Shown: positions 20,619-31,165, counted from the first letter of the stretch. The stretch: 64,000 nucleotides of DNA from Candidatus Bathyarchaeia archaeon (GCA_038883795.1 JAVZLK010000003.1:75202-139201), one strand, 5' to 3'. Notes: generated from the letters alone by a model not told the origin. A program made the numbers and translations.

Positions 20619-20843
20619 TTGGAGATTGGAGAATCTTTGAAGCTTCAAGAGATTGAAGAAGCATTTAGCCACTTTAAAATATGCCCCAAATGCAAGTCTA
20701 CAAAGGGTTTTTGGCTTGGGATAAAACGTGACATTGGCTATGTTCAATGCAAAGATTGCGGAGCAAAATTTGAACTTCATGAAGTTTACACCTTTGGCGA
20801 AAAGGGCAAAGCTCCGGAAAAGTTCACGTTTTTTAGAAGGTAA
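20619..20843 (+). CDS. Small zinc-ribbon protein
   Basis: CPKC...CKDC pair; fills the gap between divergent genes; start codon uncertain. Confidence 0.7.
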   Translation: MEIGESLKLQEIEEAFSHFKICPKCKSTKGFWLGIKRDIGYVQCKDCGAKFELHEVYTFGEKGKAPEKFTFFRR

Positions 20844-20929
20844 AATTCGAATTCAGAAACCGAATATTATTCAATTTTTGAAAGAAGATTCATAAACAAA
20901 ATTTTTGCAAAGCTACTAAGGGCATTTCA

Positions 20930-21781
20930 TTGAAAAACCAGAAAACACCATTCGTTTCCATAATAATACCCACGTACAACTCAAAAAGAACTCTTCGCCA
21001 ATGCCTCCAATCAATAAAAGAACAAACCTACAAAAGAATAGAGACCATAATTGTCGACCGCCACAGCACAGACGAAACCGTGCAAATAGCCAAAAAATTC
21101 AAAGCTAAAATATATCGGGTAACTCAAGAAAGAAGCGTAGCCAAAAATCTGGGAGCCAAGAATGCCCGAGGAAAATATCTTCTATTTATAGACTCAGACA
21201 TGGGGCTAAGCGCCAAGGTTGTTGAAGAATGCGTAAAATTATGCGAGGAGAAAAACTTCGATGCAGCCGTTGTCCCATTAACAACAATCGCCATCGGATT
21301 TCTAGCAGAATGCAGAAAATTGGAAGTTGAACTATATTTTTACGATCCAAACTATTTCTTAATGCCGCGATTTTTCAGAAAAACAGCCTTTCTCAAAGAA
21401 GGCGGCTTTGATGAGAGTTTAATTTGCGGTGAGGATTTTGACTTGGCACGGCGATATGAAAGGCGAGGCTATCGTATCGGGATAATAACCCAACCAATAA
21501 GGCATCTAGAAGGGAAACTTTCATTGAAAAAAATTGTTTTGAAAGCACACTATTATGGGAAAAGTTTGCCATCCTTTTTTTCAAAGGAACCAGCCTTAGC
21601 ATTGCGTGGCTACTGTCCCACCCGTTTTGCTTGGAACATCAAACGCCTCGCAGAGAAACCGGTCCATCTTATGGGTCTCGTCATAATAAAGTTGATTGAG
21701 TACATTGCCTACTCCATTGGAATTTTTAATGGATTGATTTCGCCAAAAAGGGGAGAAAATGAGGTTCCAAACTTCTACTGA
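20930..21781 (+). CDS. GT2 glycosyltransferase
   Basis: VSIIIPTYN, IIVD..STD, FIDSD (DxD) and GGFDE...EDFDL motifs. Confidence 0.93.
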   Translation: MKNQKTPFVSIIIPTYNSKRTLRQCLQSIKEQTYKRIETIIVDRHSTDETVQIAKKFKAKIYRVTQERSVAKNLGAKNARGKYLLFIDSDMGLSAKVVEECVKLCEEKNFDAAVVPLTTIAIGFLAECRKLEVELYFYDPNYFLMPRFFRKTAFLKEGGFDESLICGEDFDLARRYERRGYRIGIITQPIRHLEGKLSLKKIVLKAHYYGKSLPSFFSKEPALALRGYCPTRFAWNIKRLAEKPVHLMGLVIIKLIEYIAYSIGIFNGLISPKRGENEVPNFY

Positions 21782-22610
21782 GCTTGACGCCATAGTCTCT
21801 GTGATAATTCCCACATGCAACTCTAGCAAAACCTTAGAACGCTGCCTTAGATCGATTAAAAATCAAAACTATAGGAAAATTGAAGTAATCATTGTAGACG
21901 CCTACAGCAAGGATGAAACACGAAAAATCGCTGAACAACTCGCTGACAAAACATTTCTTCTAGCACAAGAGCGAAGTTATGCTCGAAATTTTGGAGCAAA
22001 ACAAGCCAAAGGACGCTTCCTGTTTTTTGTGGACTCGGATATGGAGCTAACGCCAAATGTCATCACAGAATGCGTCACCATCTGCACCTGTAAAAAGGCA
22101 GATGCTGTTATAATTCCTGAAGAAACTTTTGGAGACGGCTTCCTCGTTGAATGTAGGAAACTGGAGAAAAGAATGCGGCTTAAAGGATTTTACGCCGAAG
22201 CCCCCAGATTTTTCAAAAAAGAAGTTTTCCAATTCGTCGGTGGATATGACAATAACCTCGTAACTGGAGAAGACTTCGAACTTACCCAACGCATCTACAA
22301 GGCTGGATTTTTGATAGAACGATGTAACGCCATAATAAGGCATCACGAAGAAAATCTTTCACTAAAACAACTTGTCAACAAAGTTTATTATTATGGGAAA
22401 AAACTCCCAGCTTACATAAAAAAAGAGCCCAGCCTAGCCTTCAAAACTTCATCACCGATTCATTTCTTTAAGCACATTTCACTGTTACGAAAGCATCCCA
22501 TCCATTTTACAGGCCTATGCCTTCTGAAGCTAGTGGAATATTTCGCATATTTCGCTGGCACTTCCGCCTACTTTCTCTCCAAAATGCCAACCAAATATTG
22601 GGTGAAATGA
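21759..22610 (+). CDS. GT2 glycosyltransferase (paralog of the upstream gene)
   Basis: VSVIIPTCN, FVDSD and GGYD...EDFEL motifs; colinear with the preceding GT2. Confidence 0.93.
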   Translation: MRFQTSTELDAIVSVIIPTCNSSKTLERCLRSIKNQNYRKIEVIIVDAYSKDETRKIAEQLADKTFLLAQERSYARNFGAKQAKGRFLFFVDSDMELTPNVITECVTICTCKKADAVIIPEETFGDGFLVECRKLEKRMRLKGFYAEAPRFFKKEVFQFVGGYDNNLVTGEDFELTQRIYKAGFLIERCNAIIRHHEENLSLKQLVNKVYYYGKKLPAYIKKEPSLAFKTSSPIHFFKHISLLRKHPIHFTGLCLLKLVEYFAYFAGTSAYFLSKMPTKYWVK

Positions 22611-22613
22611 ACG

Positions 22614-25600
22614 ATGAAGAAGTTATTAACCTATTGGCAAACTTTCATAACAAAAATTAGAAACTGCCAAAAAATTCGAATATTACTTGACTTCTGCATA
22701 ATCACAGCCATAGGCACCATAATCTTTCGAAATTTTCTCTTTACAGACAAGTGGCCTGCTGGAGGAGACGCCCTCGGCATAGTTTCAAGAACATATCTTC
22801 TTGGTAGCGATTTTAAGTGGCTTTATGTTTGGAGACCCCAATCCTTTGGGTTTGTGGAGGTAATTCACGGTTACGATTTTTTCCTAATGATTTTATATTG
22901 GATTCTTAATGATTCTATAGCCACAGCCAAAATTTTCCTTTTCTTAACATTCATTGTTTCTGGCTTTTCCAGTTACACATTAACTTACTGGTATACTAAA
23001 AATTCATTAGCCTCTCTTGCAGCATCTTTTGTTTATATTTTAAATCCTTGGCTTTTCTCCCAATACACAGAAGCACATGGAGACATACTTTTTAGCTACT
23101 CACTTGCGCCCATTGTCTTCTTGCTCATTTTCAGAGCCTTTGAAACAAAAAGTTTGAAAAACATTTTTCTAGCTGGATTAGCTTTGGGCATTTTGGTTTC
23201 TGCTTTTCATCCTGAATGCGTCGTAATCTATGGTTCAACTTTTCCAATATTCACAGCAATCTATGTGTTAATGCCAACAAAAGGCAATACGAGATTAGCA
23301 CAACTTAAGAGCCTCTTAAAAGTAGCATTGCCATTATTGATTATTTGTCTTTCTTTAGCTGCATTCGTTCTAATTCCTATAATCCTAAATGTGAAGCCGC
23401 GATATTACCTTCCAACATATAGGTATTATGTTGAAGAAACCTACGGTGGAGTTTATAGAAATTTAACAGATGCTTTCACCTTACAAGCCGTTGAAGTATG
23501 GGGTTACGTCAAGGTGGTGGATGTTGTCACCAGCGTTTCTTTGCAAGATTTTCCAGTAAAAAATCTATCATTAACAATTTTTGCTATTGCCTATGCTACA
23601 GTCCTATTCAAAAAAGACAAATATAGCATCTTCTTTTTAGCATCAGCACTTTTCACCATGTTCGTTGCGAAAGGGCCGTATCCCCCCTTCGGCGACTTAT
23701 ACCTTTGGGTATGGTTCAACCTTCCCCATTTCGCCGTTTTCAGAGCTGCAAGCAGATGGATAATGATGGCTTGCTTGTCTCACGCCTTCTTTATGGCTAC
23801 TCTTGTAGATATATTAACAAAATATATTAAAGAGAAAAAGTTCCGCTTACTTAATCATTCTTTTGCACAATTTAGTACCAAAATTACCAAGTATTTAGGA
23901 AAAGGCGGATCTGAACTTCCCATAAAAGTTACAAGAAACTTCTTTGTTTATCTTCACAAATTTTTGTATTATGCAAGCATAGTTTTGATAATTGCAATTT
24001 TTCTAAATGGATTTCTTTCCGTGTGGTACTTCTTCCAAGAAGGCTTACAAGTTTATTCGCTACCACAAAACTATGTAGAGCCATATCAATGGATAAGTTC
24101 GCAAAATGGAGATTTTAAAGTTGTGAGCGTCAACCGAGACTGTGCAAGATGGATGGGCTATAGTTATGGATTTGATTTCGCTTTCAGCGCAATGCTCACG
24201 GAAATAGGTTGGGCGCATGATATAGGCTATGAAAGTTCTTTCATCCATAACAAGCCTGTAATGCAGGATGGAGGATGGGATGTAAACACTAGAAATTTCG
24301 TAGACTATTTGAGATCACGTCTTGTAGGGCAACAAAAAACTCTCGATTTTCTAAAATTAATTGGAACATTCAACTATAAGTATATCGTTTTACCCGCTTA
24401 CCTTGACGACGATGTAAAGGAATTTTTCCTACAACAAGAAGGAGCTTTAGAAAACGTCATTTACGATAAAGACGAAGCCATAATAATAGAAAATCCTTAT
24501 TATGTTCCACGATTTTTTGGCTTTTATGAAAGCGTAAATATTCTGAGCGGATTTAAGTCATTTCAATCTCTTTTCAACCTAAACACTTTTAATCTGAACG
24601 GAACTGTTCTTTTATTTCTCGATGAGCCTAACTACAAATGCTTAGATGAACTTCAAGGAAATAGTAAAGCGTTGATATTTGTTAATGCTAACCTCCTAGA
24701 TCTTGCAATGTTAAGGTTACAGGACAAAGCAAAGATAATAAATGCTGCAGATTTTGGAGTATGTAGTTATAACACAAACAAATATTGGATACAAACCTCT
24801 TCTTGGAGAGATGTTGGCGCCTTTGTTTTTGGTGGAAAAACTTTAACCACTTACGGAAACAATAGTTTGGATATTCCATTCGAAGTCCCTGAAAAAGGGA
24901 TTTACGAAATATGGGTAAGAATTGGTTTTCTTTCAAATAGGGGAACACTATTGGTTTTTGTTGATTCCAATTTTGTTGGCGAAATTAAGCCTGAAGCCGA
25001 TTATTGGTGTGGGCTTTTATGGATTAAATTGAACACTTTAGAACTTAACCAAGGAGCGCATATTATAAGGCTAAGTAATGAAGGAAATGGCTTTAATGAC
25101 GTTGATGCAATTGCGATAGTTCAACCAAGTTTGTTCCAATCAACATACAATGAATTATTGGAATCCATTGAAGATTTTCAAGGCAGAATCATCGATATCA
25201 TAGGAGCAGCTAACCTCTTCGCTTATAATGGTCTCCCAGACGGATGGGCAATTCACATTCAAAAATACGAGGATGACTTGTTAAAGGCAGAAAATACACT
25301 AATGCCCATAGAAGAAAGTGCTCAAGCCTCAGCAAGCTCCATTCAAGATGAGCATATTCCACAAAATGCTGTTGATGGCTTAGCTGGAACAAGATGGGCT
25401 TCAAATCCAACTCAAGAAACTCCACAATGGCTTCAAATCGAATACGCCAGTGTCCAAGAGGTGGCTGGTGTAAAGATTCTTTTTGAAAACGCCTACGCGA
25501 GCAATTATATAATTCAAACGTGGGATGGGAGTCAATGGATTACACAAGTAGAAGTTAAAAATAATACTTCGCTTTTGCCGGTGCACATGTTCAAGGAACC

Positions 25601-26366
25601 AGTTAAAACCAATAAGTTGTTACTTAATGTAACCGCCTATGGCACACTCCATCATTTAGTAAGTGTTTTCGAGTTTCAGCCTTGTAAACTCTCTTCAGCC
25701 AAAGCAAACCATTTCATACCCCGACGAGATAGCTACATGATTGCTCTGCGTCTTGCCTCGGGTCAAGACTATGGAATTTTAAACCTCAAAATAGGTAACT
25801 ATTCTTTCCAGTTCAACTGCTCTAGTGATGAAGAAAAGCTTCGGTGGTATGAAGTTGGGCCAGTAGAGTTAGAGAAGGGAGAAACCGAGGTTTTGGCAAG
25901 TGCTTACGGCAAAATAATATTTGACCAAATAATTCTTTACACCGTAAAAGAAAACGAGGAAGGCATTAGCCTCCAGAGCCTCTTCAGCTCCGAGAATTCC
26001 CCACCAACTATTAGCTACGAAAAACTGAATCCCACAACTTATAAACTCCATGTAAAAACCGAGCAGCCTTTCTTTCTGCTTTTCTCTGAAGCTTATAATC
26101 CTCTTTGGAAGGCAAAAATTGACGGCGCTTCCCAAACAGTTCAGTCAATTATTGCTTATTCGCTAATTAACTGCTTTTACATAAACAAGACTGGAGAGTT
26201 CGAGGTAGAAGTTTACTTTGAGGGACAAACTTGTGCCGATATCGGATTAAAAATTTCATTTTTATCCTTGAGTTTTGTTGTGGCAGTTGTGCTAATTCCA
26301 CAGCGCTATCTTAAACGGTTAAAGGGTTGGTTAATTGAAGGGGGAGGAAACTGCAATGGTTCCTAG
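22614..26366 (+). CDS. Large GT-C-like membrane glycosyltransferase (AftD/YfhO-like) with CBM-like and F5/8C (discoidin/CBM32) modules
   Basis: Multi-TM N-terminal half with WPAGGD loop and VFRAASRW; CBM6/35-like jelly-rolls; F5/8C motif ASASS...NAVDG...TRWAS...PQWLQI; YfhO/AftD-type C-terminus LLFSEAYNPLWKA...Q plus a final TM. Confidence 0.72.
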   Translation: MKKLLTYWQTFITKIRNCQKIRILLDFCIITAIGTIIFRNFLFTDKWPAGGDALGIVSRTYLLGSDFKWLYVWRPQSFGFVEVIHGYDFFLMILYWILNDSIATAKIFLFLTFIVSGFSSYTLTYWYTKNSLASLAASFVYILNPWLFSQYTEAHGDILFSYSLAPIVFLLIFRAFETKSLKNIFLAGLALGILVSAFHPECVVIYGSTFPIFTAIYVLMPTKGNTRLAQLKSLLKVALPLLIICLSLAAFVLIPIILNVKPRYYLPTYRYYVEETYGGVYRNLTDAFTLQAVEVWGYVKVVDVVTSVSLQDFPVKNLSLTIFAIAYATVLFKKDKYSIFFLASALFTMFVAKGPYPPFGDLYLWVWFNLPHFAVFRAASRWIMMACLSHAFFMATLVDILTKYIKEKKFRLLNHSFAQFSTKITKYLGKGGSELPIKVTRNFFVYLHKFLYYASIVLIIAIFLNGFLSVWYFFQEGLQVYSLPQNYVEPYQWISSQNGDFKVVSVNRDCARWMGYSYGFDFAFSAMLTEIGWAHDIGYESSFIHNKPVMQDGGWDVNTRNFVDYLRSRLVGQQKTLDFLKLIGTFNYKYIVLPAYLDDDVKEFFLQQEGALENVIYDKDEAIIIENPYYVPRFFGFYESVNILSGFKSFQSLFNLNTFNLNGTVLLFLDEPNYKCLDELQGNSKALIFVNANLLDLAMLRLQDKAKIINAADFGVCSYNTNKYWIQTSSWRDVGAFVFGGKTLTTYGNNSLDIPFEVPEKGIYEIWVRIGFLSNRGTLLVFVDSNFVGEIKPEADYWCGLLWIKLNTLELNQGAHIIRLSNEGNGFNDVDAIAIVQPSLFQSTYNELLESIEDFQGRIIDIIGAANLFAYNGLPDGWAIHIQKYEDDLLKAENTLMPIEESAQASASSIQDEHIPQNAVDGLAGTRWASNPTQETPQWLQIEYASVQEVAGVKILFENAYASNYIIQTWDGSQWITQVEVKNNTSLLPVHMFKEPVKTNKLLLNVTAYGTLHHLVSVFEFQPCKLSSAKANHFIPRRDSYMIALRLASGQDYGILNLKIGNYSFQFNCSSDEEKLRWYEVGPVELEKGETEVLASAYGKIIFDQIILYTVKENEEGISLQSLFSSENSPPTISYEKLNPTTYKLHVKTEQPFFLLFSEAYNPLWKAKIDGASQTVQSIIAYSLINCFYINKTGEFEVEVYFEGQTCADIGLKISFLSLSFVVAVVLIPQRYLKRLKGWLIEGGGNCNGS

Positions 26367-27240
26367 TGCACAAGAGGAAGAGTATTGGAATAAAGTAGCC
26401 ATTGAAGCAGAGAAAGAAGAGCTACAAAAAAGAGTGGAAAAATGGCATAAAGCCGCAAAAAATTGGCTTGCACATTACAGCGATAAAAAGACACGGGACT
26501 TTATTGTCCAAACGATTAAGAATCATGTAAAGCTAAAAAATGGCGCAAGAATTTTAGATGTGGGATGTGGAGCTGGAAAATGGGTAAATCTTTTTGCTGA
26601 AATGGGATTTGAAACCGTTGGGATAGATTCCAGCCCGTGGATGATTAGGTTAGCAAAGAGCAGAGTGAAAACAACTCTTCAGAGCAGAATTAAATTTTAT
26701 GTGATGAACGTTGCAGAGTTAAAGTTTCCAGATGATTCTTACGACATGACAAATTGCGTCACCGTTCTCCAGCACATTTTCGATGATACTCGCTGGAAAA
26801 GGGCAGTGTACGAGATGGTTAGAGTTACAAAACCTTGCGGCTACATACTCATTTTTGAAGCTGCCCCTTCATTTATTTTGAAAAGGCGTACGCCACGTTT
26901 ACGGTTTAGGAGTATGAAAGAGTACATAAGCGAGTTTAAAAGTGCCGGAGCACGTCTCACCTATTGGAGAGCAACCGACCTCTCATTTCCAATAACCTTT
27001 TTAGGTTTAAGAAAATACGCAGCTTCTTTCAGCAAAAGAGTTTATTACTATTTTGCAGGCGAGCTTCCAATGTTTCCGCCAAGTTTTTTGTCTGCCCTTT
27101 CAAGAGCCGCCGCAATTTTGGCTGAACCAATAGATTACCGTCTTAGCGAATCTCCTTTAAGTGTTCTTTCCGTTGGAAAGATTTTGTTATTTAGAAAATT
27201 GCAATATGATATTCGGCTTCGGAAACTGAAGACTGCTTAA
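26335..27240 (+). CDS. Class I SAM-dependent methyltransferase (start probably 26356)
   Basis: ILDVGCGAG, GIDSSPWMI, VLQHI and RVTKPCG motifs. Confidence 0.9.
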   Translation: MKGEETAMVPSAQEEEYWNKVAIEAEKEELQKRVEKWHKAAKNWLAHYSDKKTRDFIVQTIKNHVKLKNGARILDVGCGAGKWVNLFAEMGFETVGIDSSPWMIRLAKSRVKTTLQSRIKFYVMNVAELKFPDDSYDMTNCVTVLQHIFDDTRWKRAVYEMVRVTKPCGYILIFEAAPSFILKRRTPRLRFRSMKEYISEFKSAGARLTYWRATDLSFPITFLGLRKYAASFSKRVYYYFAGELPMFPPSFLSALSRAAAILAEPIDYRLSESPLSVLSVGKILLFRKLQYDIRLRKLKTA

Positions 27241-27289
27241 AGCTCTTTTCTTCAGCCCAGAATTTATCAGAAAGACGGAAGGAAACTGC

Positions 27290-28036
27290 ATGAAATGCTT
27301 CATAATTTTGCCGTGCTTCAATGAGGAAAATAACATTAAGCCACTTATTCACTCTATAGACGAAGCCTTAAAGCCTCACATTCCCTATAAGATTATTGCA
27401 GTGAACGATGGAAGCTATGACAGGACAGGTGAAGTTCTTAAAGACCTTTCCGCCAACTATCCAATCGAAATTCTTGGACATGAAACTAACATGGGTTTAG
27501 GCGCTGCTCTCAAAACTGGCTTGCTTGCAGTAGCCAATGAAGCCTTAAATGAAGATTTTGTTGTTATCATGGATTCAGACAACACCCATGATCCAAAGCA
27601 TGTCTTAGAAATGTTGGCCGCTGCAGAAGACGCTGATATTGTAGTAGGTTCTCGTTATATAAAAGGAGGAGTACAGCTACATGTTCCCTTACATCGAGTA
27701 ATTCTTAGTAAAACCGTGAACTTTCTAGTTAAAAAACTGTTTCATTTATCCATTAAAGATGCCACGAGTGGTTTTCGGTGTTTTAGAGCTCGATTGTTTA
27801 AGATTTTACATGATACTTTTGGCGACAGGATTCTTGAGTCAAGGGGCTTTGTTGCCTCCCTTGAGCTTCTGCTAAAGGCTGCTCATTTTGGAACCACCGT
27901 CAAGGAAGTTCCTATTCTTCTGGATTATGGGAAGAAGGGGGGTGTTAGTAAAATGCGGTTATTTTCAACAATTTTTAGCTATCTTTCGTTAATTTTGAAA
28001 TTCAAGTTTTTGAATAGTTCGAAACATTTTAATTAA
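27290..28036 (+). CDS. Dpm1-like polyprenyl-phosphate sugar synthase (GT2)
   Basis: ILPCFNEE, VNDGSYD, MDSDNTH, VVGSRY, DATSGFR and EVPI...SK motifs. Confidence 0.88.
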   Translation: MKCFIILPCFNEENNIKPLIHSIDEALKPHIPYKIIAVNDGSYDRTGEVLKDLSANYPIEILGHETNMGLGAALKTGLLAVANEALNEDFVVIMDSDNTHDPKHVLEMLAAAEDADIVVGSRYIKGGVQLHVPLHRVILSKTVNFLVKKLFHLSIKDATSGFRCFRARLFKILHDTFGDRILESRGFVASLELLLKAAHFGTTVKEVPILLDYGKKGGVSKMRLFSTIFSYLSLILKFKFLNSSKHFN

Positions 28037-28100
28037 TTTAGTTTTTTGTTTGAGTGATTTTCGGCTTTTATTCTAATTCTGAGTCAGAACCTCTAAAAAA

Positions 28101-28110
28101 TTTTTAATAA
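28101..28110 (+). promoter_or_regulatory. Putative TATA box of the S-layer gene
   Basis: TTTTTAATAA preceded by an A-rich tract, 20-45 nt before the candidate starts at 28130, 28145 and 28151. Confidence 0.45.
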
Positions 28111-28129
28111 ACGCTTCACGCCATCATAC

Positions 28130-31100
28130 ATGACCCAAAGAGGAATGAAAATGGAAAAGAAAAACAAACTTAAAGCAGCAACTCTCTCAATAATAATTCT
28201 CTGTTCTATCATAGCCCTAATCTATCTAGAATCGTTCAACGTAAAAGCTTCCAAATCCAGTTACGATCCAGATTATCTGACAGTTTCCGGAGTTTTATCC
28301 ACAGATTACTATGTGCTATTTCCCTTCGAAAAGAAAAACTTAACCATAGGCTTTTCCAAATACGGTGAGATGATAGACTACGAAACAAAGGTTGGATTAG
28401 ATTATAATGATGAAACCGATCCATTTGCAACGGACCCAAGTCAAGTGTATGAGTATGAGTGGGTAAACGGTTGGGTAATCAATATAACTTATGTTCATGG
28501 AGGAGACTACTACAACAGATGGGCTTTTGCTCTTTACAGCGACTACTACAATGAAAATAGCATAGCTGGAGACTGGAGAGAAGGCGTAATAGGTGCAACA
28601 AACACAACCTATCTGGGTGGAAGGAAAACAAATGGAGGAGCAGTAACCCAGCCGATAAAAGTTCTTTACAATGGACCAAGAAGGTTTGTCGCTTTACTAA
28701 ACACAACAATCTACGAAGATACTGCCCATAATATTCCACTTGTAAGAATAACATTCACCATAGTCTTCAATAAAGCGGAAAAACAAGTGATTGTATTCAA
28801 GGATATAAAGAGAGTGGACAACAGAAAGGGAACAGGAGTAATGCAGATAGAGTTCAGCGAAAGAGGCCAGTGGGACCTTGGAGCAGGGAAACCGCCAATG
28901 TCTTATGTATATATCCATACGCAGCAATCAACACTCTATAATGAAGAGTATCAAAGCTGGTATAACGGAAGCACCTCTGCCTACAAAGGAAAATATGATG
29001 TGGTTCAAATAATCGATGATGACCTAAGCCATGTGGCTTGGGCGGCTTGGTGGCCAAGACCCTTGGTCAGTTATGTTAAAGCCATAAGCGCAATTGGAAG
29101 GGATAAGATTTTAACGACTTTCAGCACGAAAGTAGAGAACTTCACCGGCGACGGATCAACTACGGGTTTCACGTTAACTGGAGATCCTGATCCATACCCG
29201 AGAAACAAAACCAGCAATGGTTGGGATGATAGCCCCATGGTTTTTGTAGGTAACATTTACCAGATCGAAGGAATTGATTACACTTGGAATTCCGAAGCTA
29301 ACAGAGTAATCTTTGCAAGCGCTCCGTCTAGTGGCGCCGCAATAAAAGTCATCTACAAAACTGATGCAGATAGCTTATACGACCCGGGTCCCGAACCTTG
29401 CGTTCCATTTGTTGTTGCCGAATGGTGCTGGGACACAGACGATGCCACCGACATGTTCAGAGCAGTAACAGTCTACGGAATAACTGATCTCCATGACGGA
29501 AGCGACGCAGACATCACTGGGGGATCAAACACTATTGATTCTGAAGTAGACTATTATTTGGACAGAGTCTTTAACCCCTATGACCTTTACAGCGCAGTTC
29601 ATAAAGGAACAAGAAGATGGGTGGACTTCCACAACGTAACAAGCGCAGAAGTTACAGCACAAAGAGTCAGCTTTAACCTGACCCATAAACCAGTGATATA
29701 CACAAGCGATTGGACGGACTATTGTCAATTTTCCGAAAAGGTTGAGTGGGATGGAGAACTAAAAACTCCGTATAGAGCAAGAAATACCTTCGGAGGATAC
29801 AATTACACATTCTACTATGATGAGAGCGACGGAACAGGCAACATAACCATAACCGGCGACAACGTTCCAGCAGCGGGAACCGTAATAAAAGTGCTCTACT
29901 CAACAAACGCAACATGGGAACAAGCAAAAACAGATTTGGGAACTTTCGGAAACGCAAGCTTAACAGAGGATCTTTCGCTATCTTGGACAACGGTGACCCT
30001 CGTCCCGAATAATGCAATCAATAGCACCACGTGGACAGACCCGTTTGGCACAACCTATAACATCACAGTACTCTATGATTGCATGTCTGCTTTACCCTAC
30101 ACCGCAAGTAGCACCGATGAAATCCGCTTGACACTGGACATAAAAGTCAGGCCCGAGTCAAGCTACGTCAAGGTTCACAATTCCACCTACTACGGATGCT
30201 GGATTAACGGTTCATTGACGCAACTTGTCTTCTACGGCAATATGAGTGTAATGTTCAAGGTAACTTCAAGTAACACCGTACAGACATACCGATTCAATTA
30301 CACAGAGCACTTGCACATTACGGGAGACATACTATTAAGAGTAAACCATACAACGGTATCTGGTGAGACTGACTATGAGATAGCCAACTATACAGTAGTC
30401 TACGCTAATCTAACAACGAGTATTGGCGGAAGCTACGAATGGATAATTGTTGGCAAAGATGCAGCCACTATAGACTCTTTAGGAGCAGCCTACGTAACAG
30501 AAGCCTTCGACTCAATAAAAGAGATTAAAGTCTGCGCGGCTGGAATGGATGTAAACGACACTTCCTTCGGTCCCTACAGTCCCTTTGTTATGGGCGGGGC
30601 ATCAAGTGGTTCGAGAGCCGATTATAGGGATTCTTTTGGAAGATCAAGTTTGCAAGATGACTGGTGTAGGCGCATTTACGTATCCGGTGGAACACAATAT
30701 GTTTATCCGGGCTATCCAATTTCAACAAGCAACATGATCTTTGAAGGTGGACCCATCGCTCAGCTTGGAACAGAATACTTCAACGAATTTACAGACGCAT
30801 TCTTCGCATTCAGCACCTACGTTGTCAATGACACAGGGCACTCTAACAAGATTTTAGCACTTTCATGTTGGGCTCGAAATGCCACAGGAGGAGGCTACGC
30901 TGTAATAGCTGTCTATAAAGACTTGAATGGAACAATAGGCCTCGTAATATGGGGCTACAATGGAGATGACACATACTATGCAAGCAAGTGGTTCTGGGAT
31001 GGATTAGGCGGAACACCAGGAATAGTGTATCTGCAAAGCGAAAACCGTGGAGTTACGGCAATAGTTCTAAAAATAACCTATTCCAGTGCAGACCCAATTC

Positions 31101-31165
31101 ATCCAACGGTAACTATTGTGGAACGCTTAGGAACGATAAGTGAAAAAGACCAACATGACCCATAA
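28130..31165 (+). CDS. Probable S-layer glycoprotein
   Basis: Sec signal peptide; acidic, Y/T/N/S-rich, many sequons; IIVGKDAATIDSLGAA, IFEGGPIA and LVIWGYNGDDTYYA resemble archaeal S-layer family motifs; no C-terminal TM; flanked by glycosyltransferases. Confidence 0.65.
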   Translation: MTQRGMKMEKKNKLKAATLSIIILCSIIALIYLESFNVKASKSSYDPDYLTVSGVLSTDYYVLFPFEKKNLTIGFSKYGEMIDYETKVGLDYNDETDPFATDPSQVYEYEWVNGWVINITYVHGGDYYNRWAFALYSDYYNENSIAGDWREGVIGATNTTYLGGRKTNGGAVTQPIKVLYNGPRRFVALLNTTIYEDTAHNIPLVRITFTIVFNKAEKQVIVFKDIKRVDNRKGTGVMQIEFSERGQWDLGAGKPPMSYVYIHTQQSTLYNEEYQSWYNGSTSAYKGKYDVVQIIDDDLSHVAWAAWWPRPLVSYVKAISAIGRDKILTTFSTKVENFTGDGSTTGFTLTGDPDPYPRNKTSNGWDDSPMVFVGNIYQIEGIDYTWNSEANRVIFASAPSSGAAIKVIYKTDADSLYDPGPEPCVPFVVAEWCWDTDDATDMFRAVTVYGITDLHDGSDADITGGSNTIDSEVDYYLDRVFNPYDLYSAVHKGTRRWVDFHNVTSAEVTAQRVSFNLTHKPVIYTSDWTDYCQFSEKVEWDGELKTPYRARNTFGGYNYTFYYDESDGTGNITITGDNVPAAGTVIKVLYSTNATWEQAKTDLGTFGNASLTEDLSLSWTTVTLVPNNAINSTTWTDPFGTTYNITVLYDCMSALPYTASSTDEIRLTLDIKVRPESSYVKVHNSTYYGCWINGSLTQLVFYGNMSVMFKVTSSNTVQTYRFNYTEHLHITGDILLRVNHTTVSGETDYEIANYTVVYANLTTSIGGSYEWIIVGKDAATIDSLGAAYVTEAFDSIKEIKVCAAGMDVNDTSFGPYSPFVMGGASSGSRADYRDSFGRSSLQDDWCRRIYVSGGTQYVYPGYPISTSNMIFEGGPIAQLGTEYFNEFTDAFFAFSTYVVNDTGHSNKILALSCWARNATGGGYAVIAVYKDLNGTIGLVIWGYNGDDTYYASKWFWDGLGGTPGIVYLQSENRGVTAIVLKITYSSADPIHPTVTIVERLGTISEKDQHDP

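Noticed and set aside
28130-31165. Provirus structural gene
   Set aside because: It has a signal peptide and S-layer-like motifs, sits among glycosyltransferases, and no integrase, capsid or terminase is nearby.
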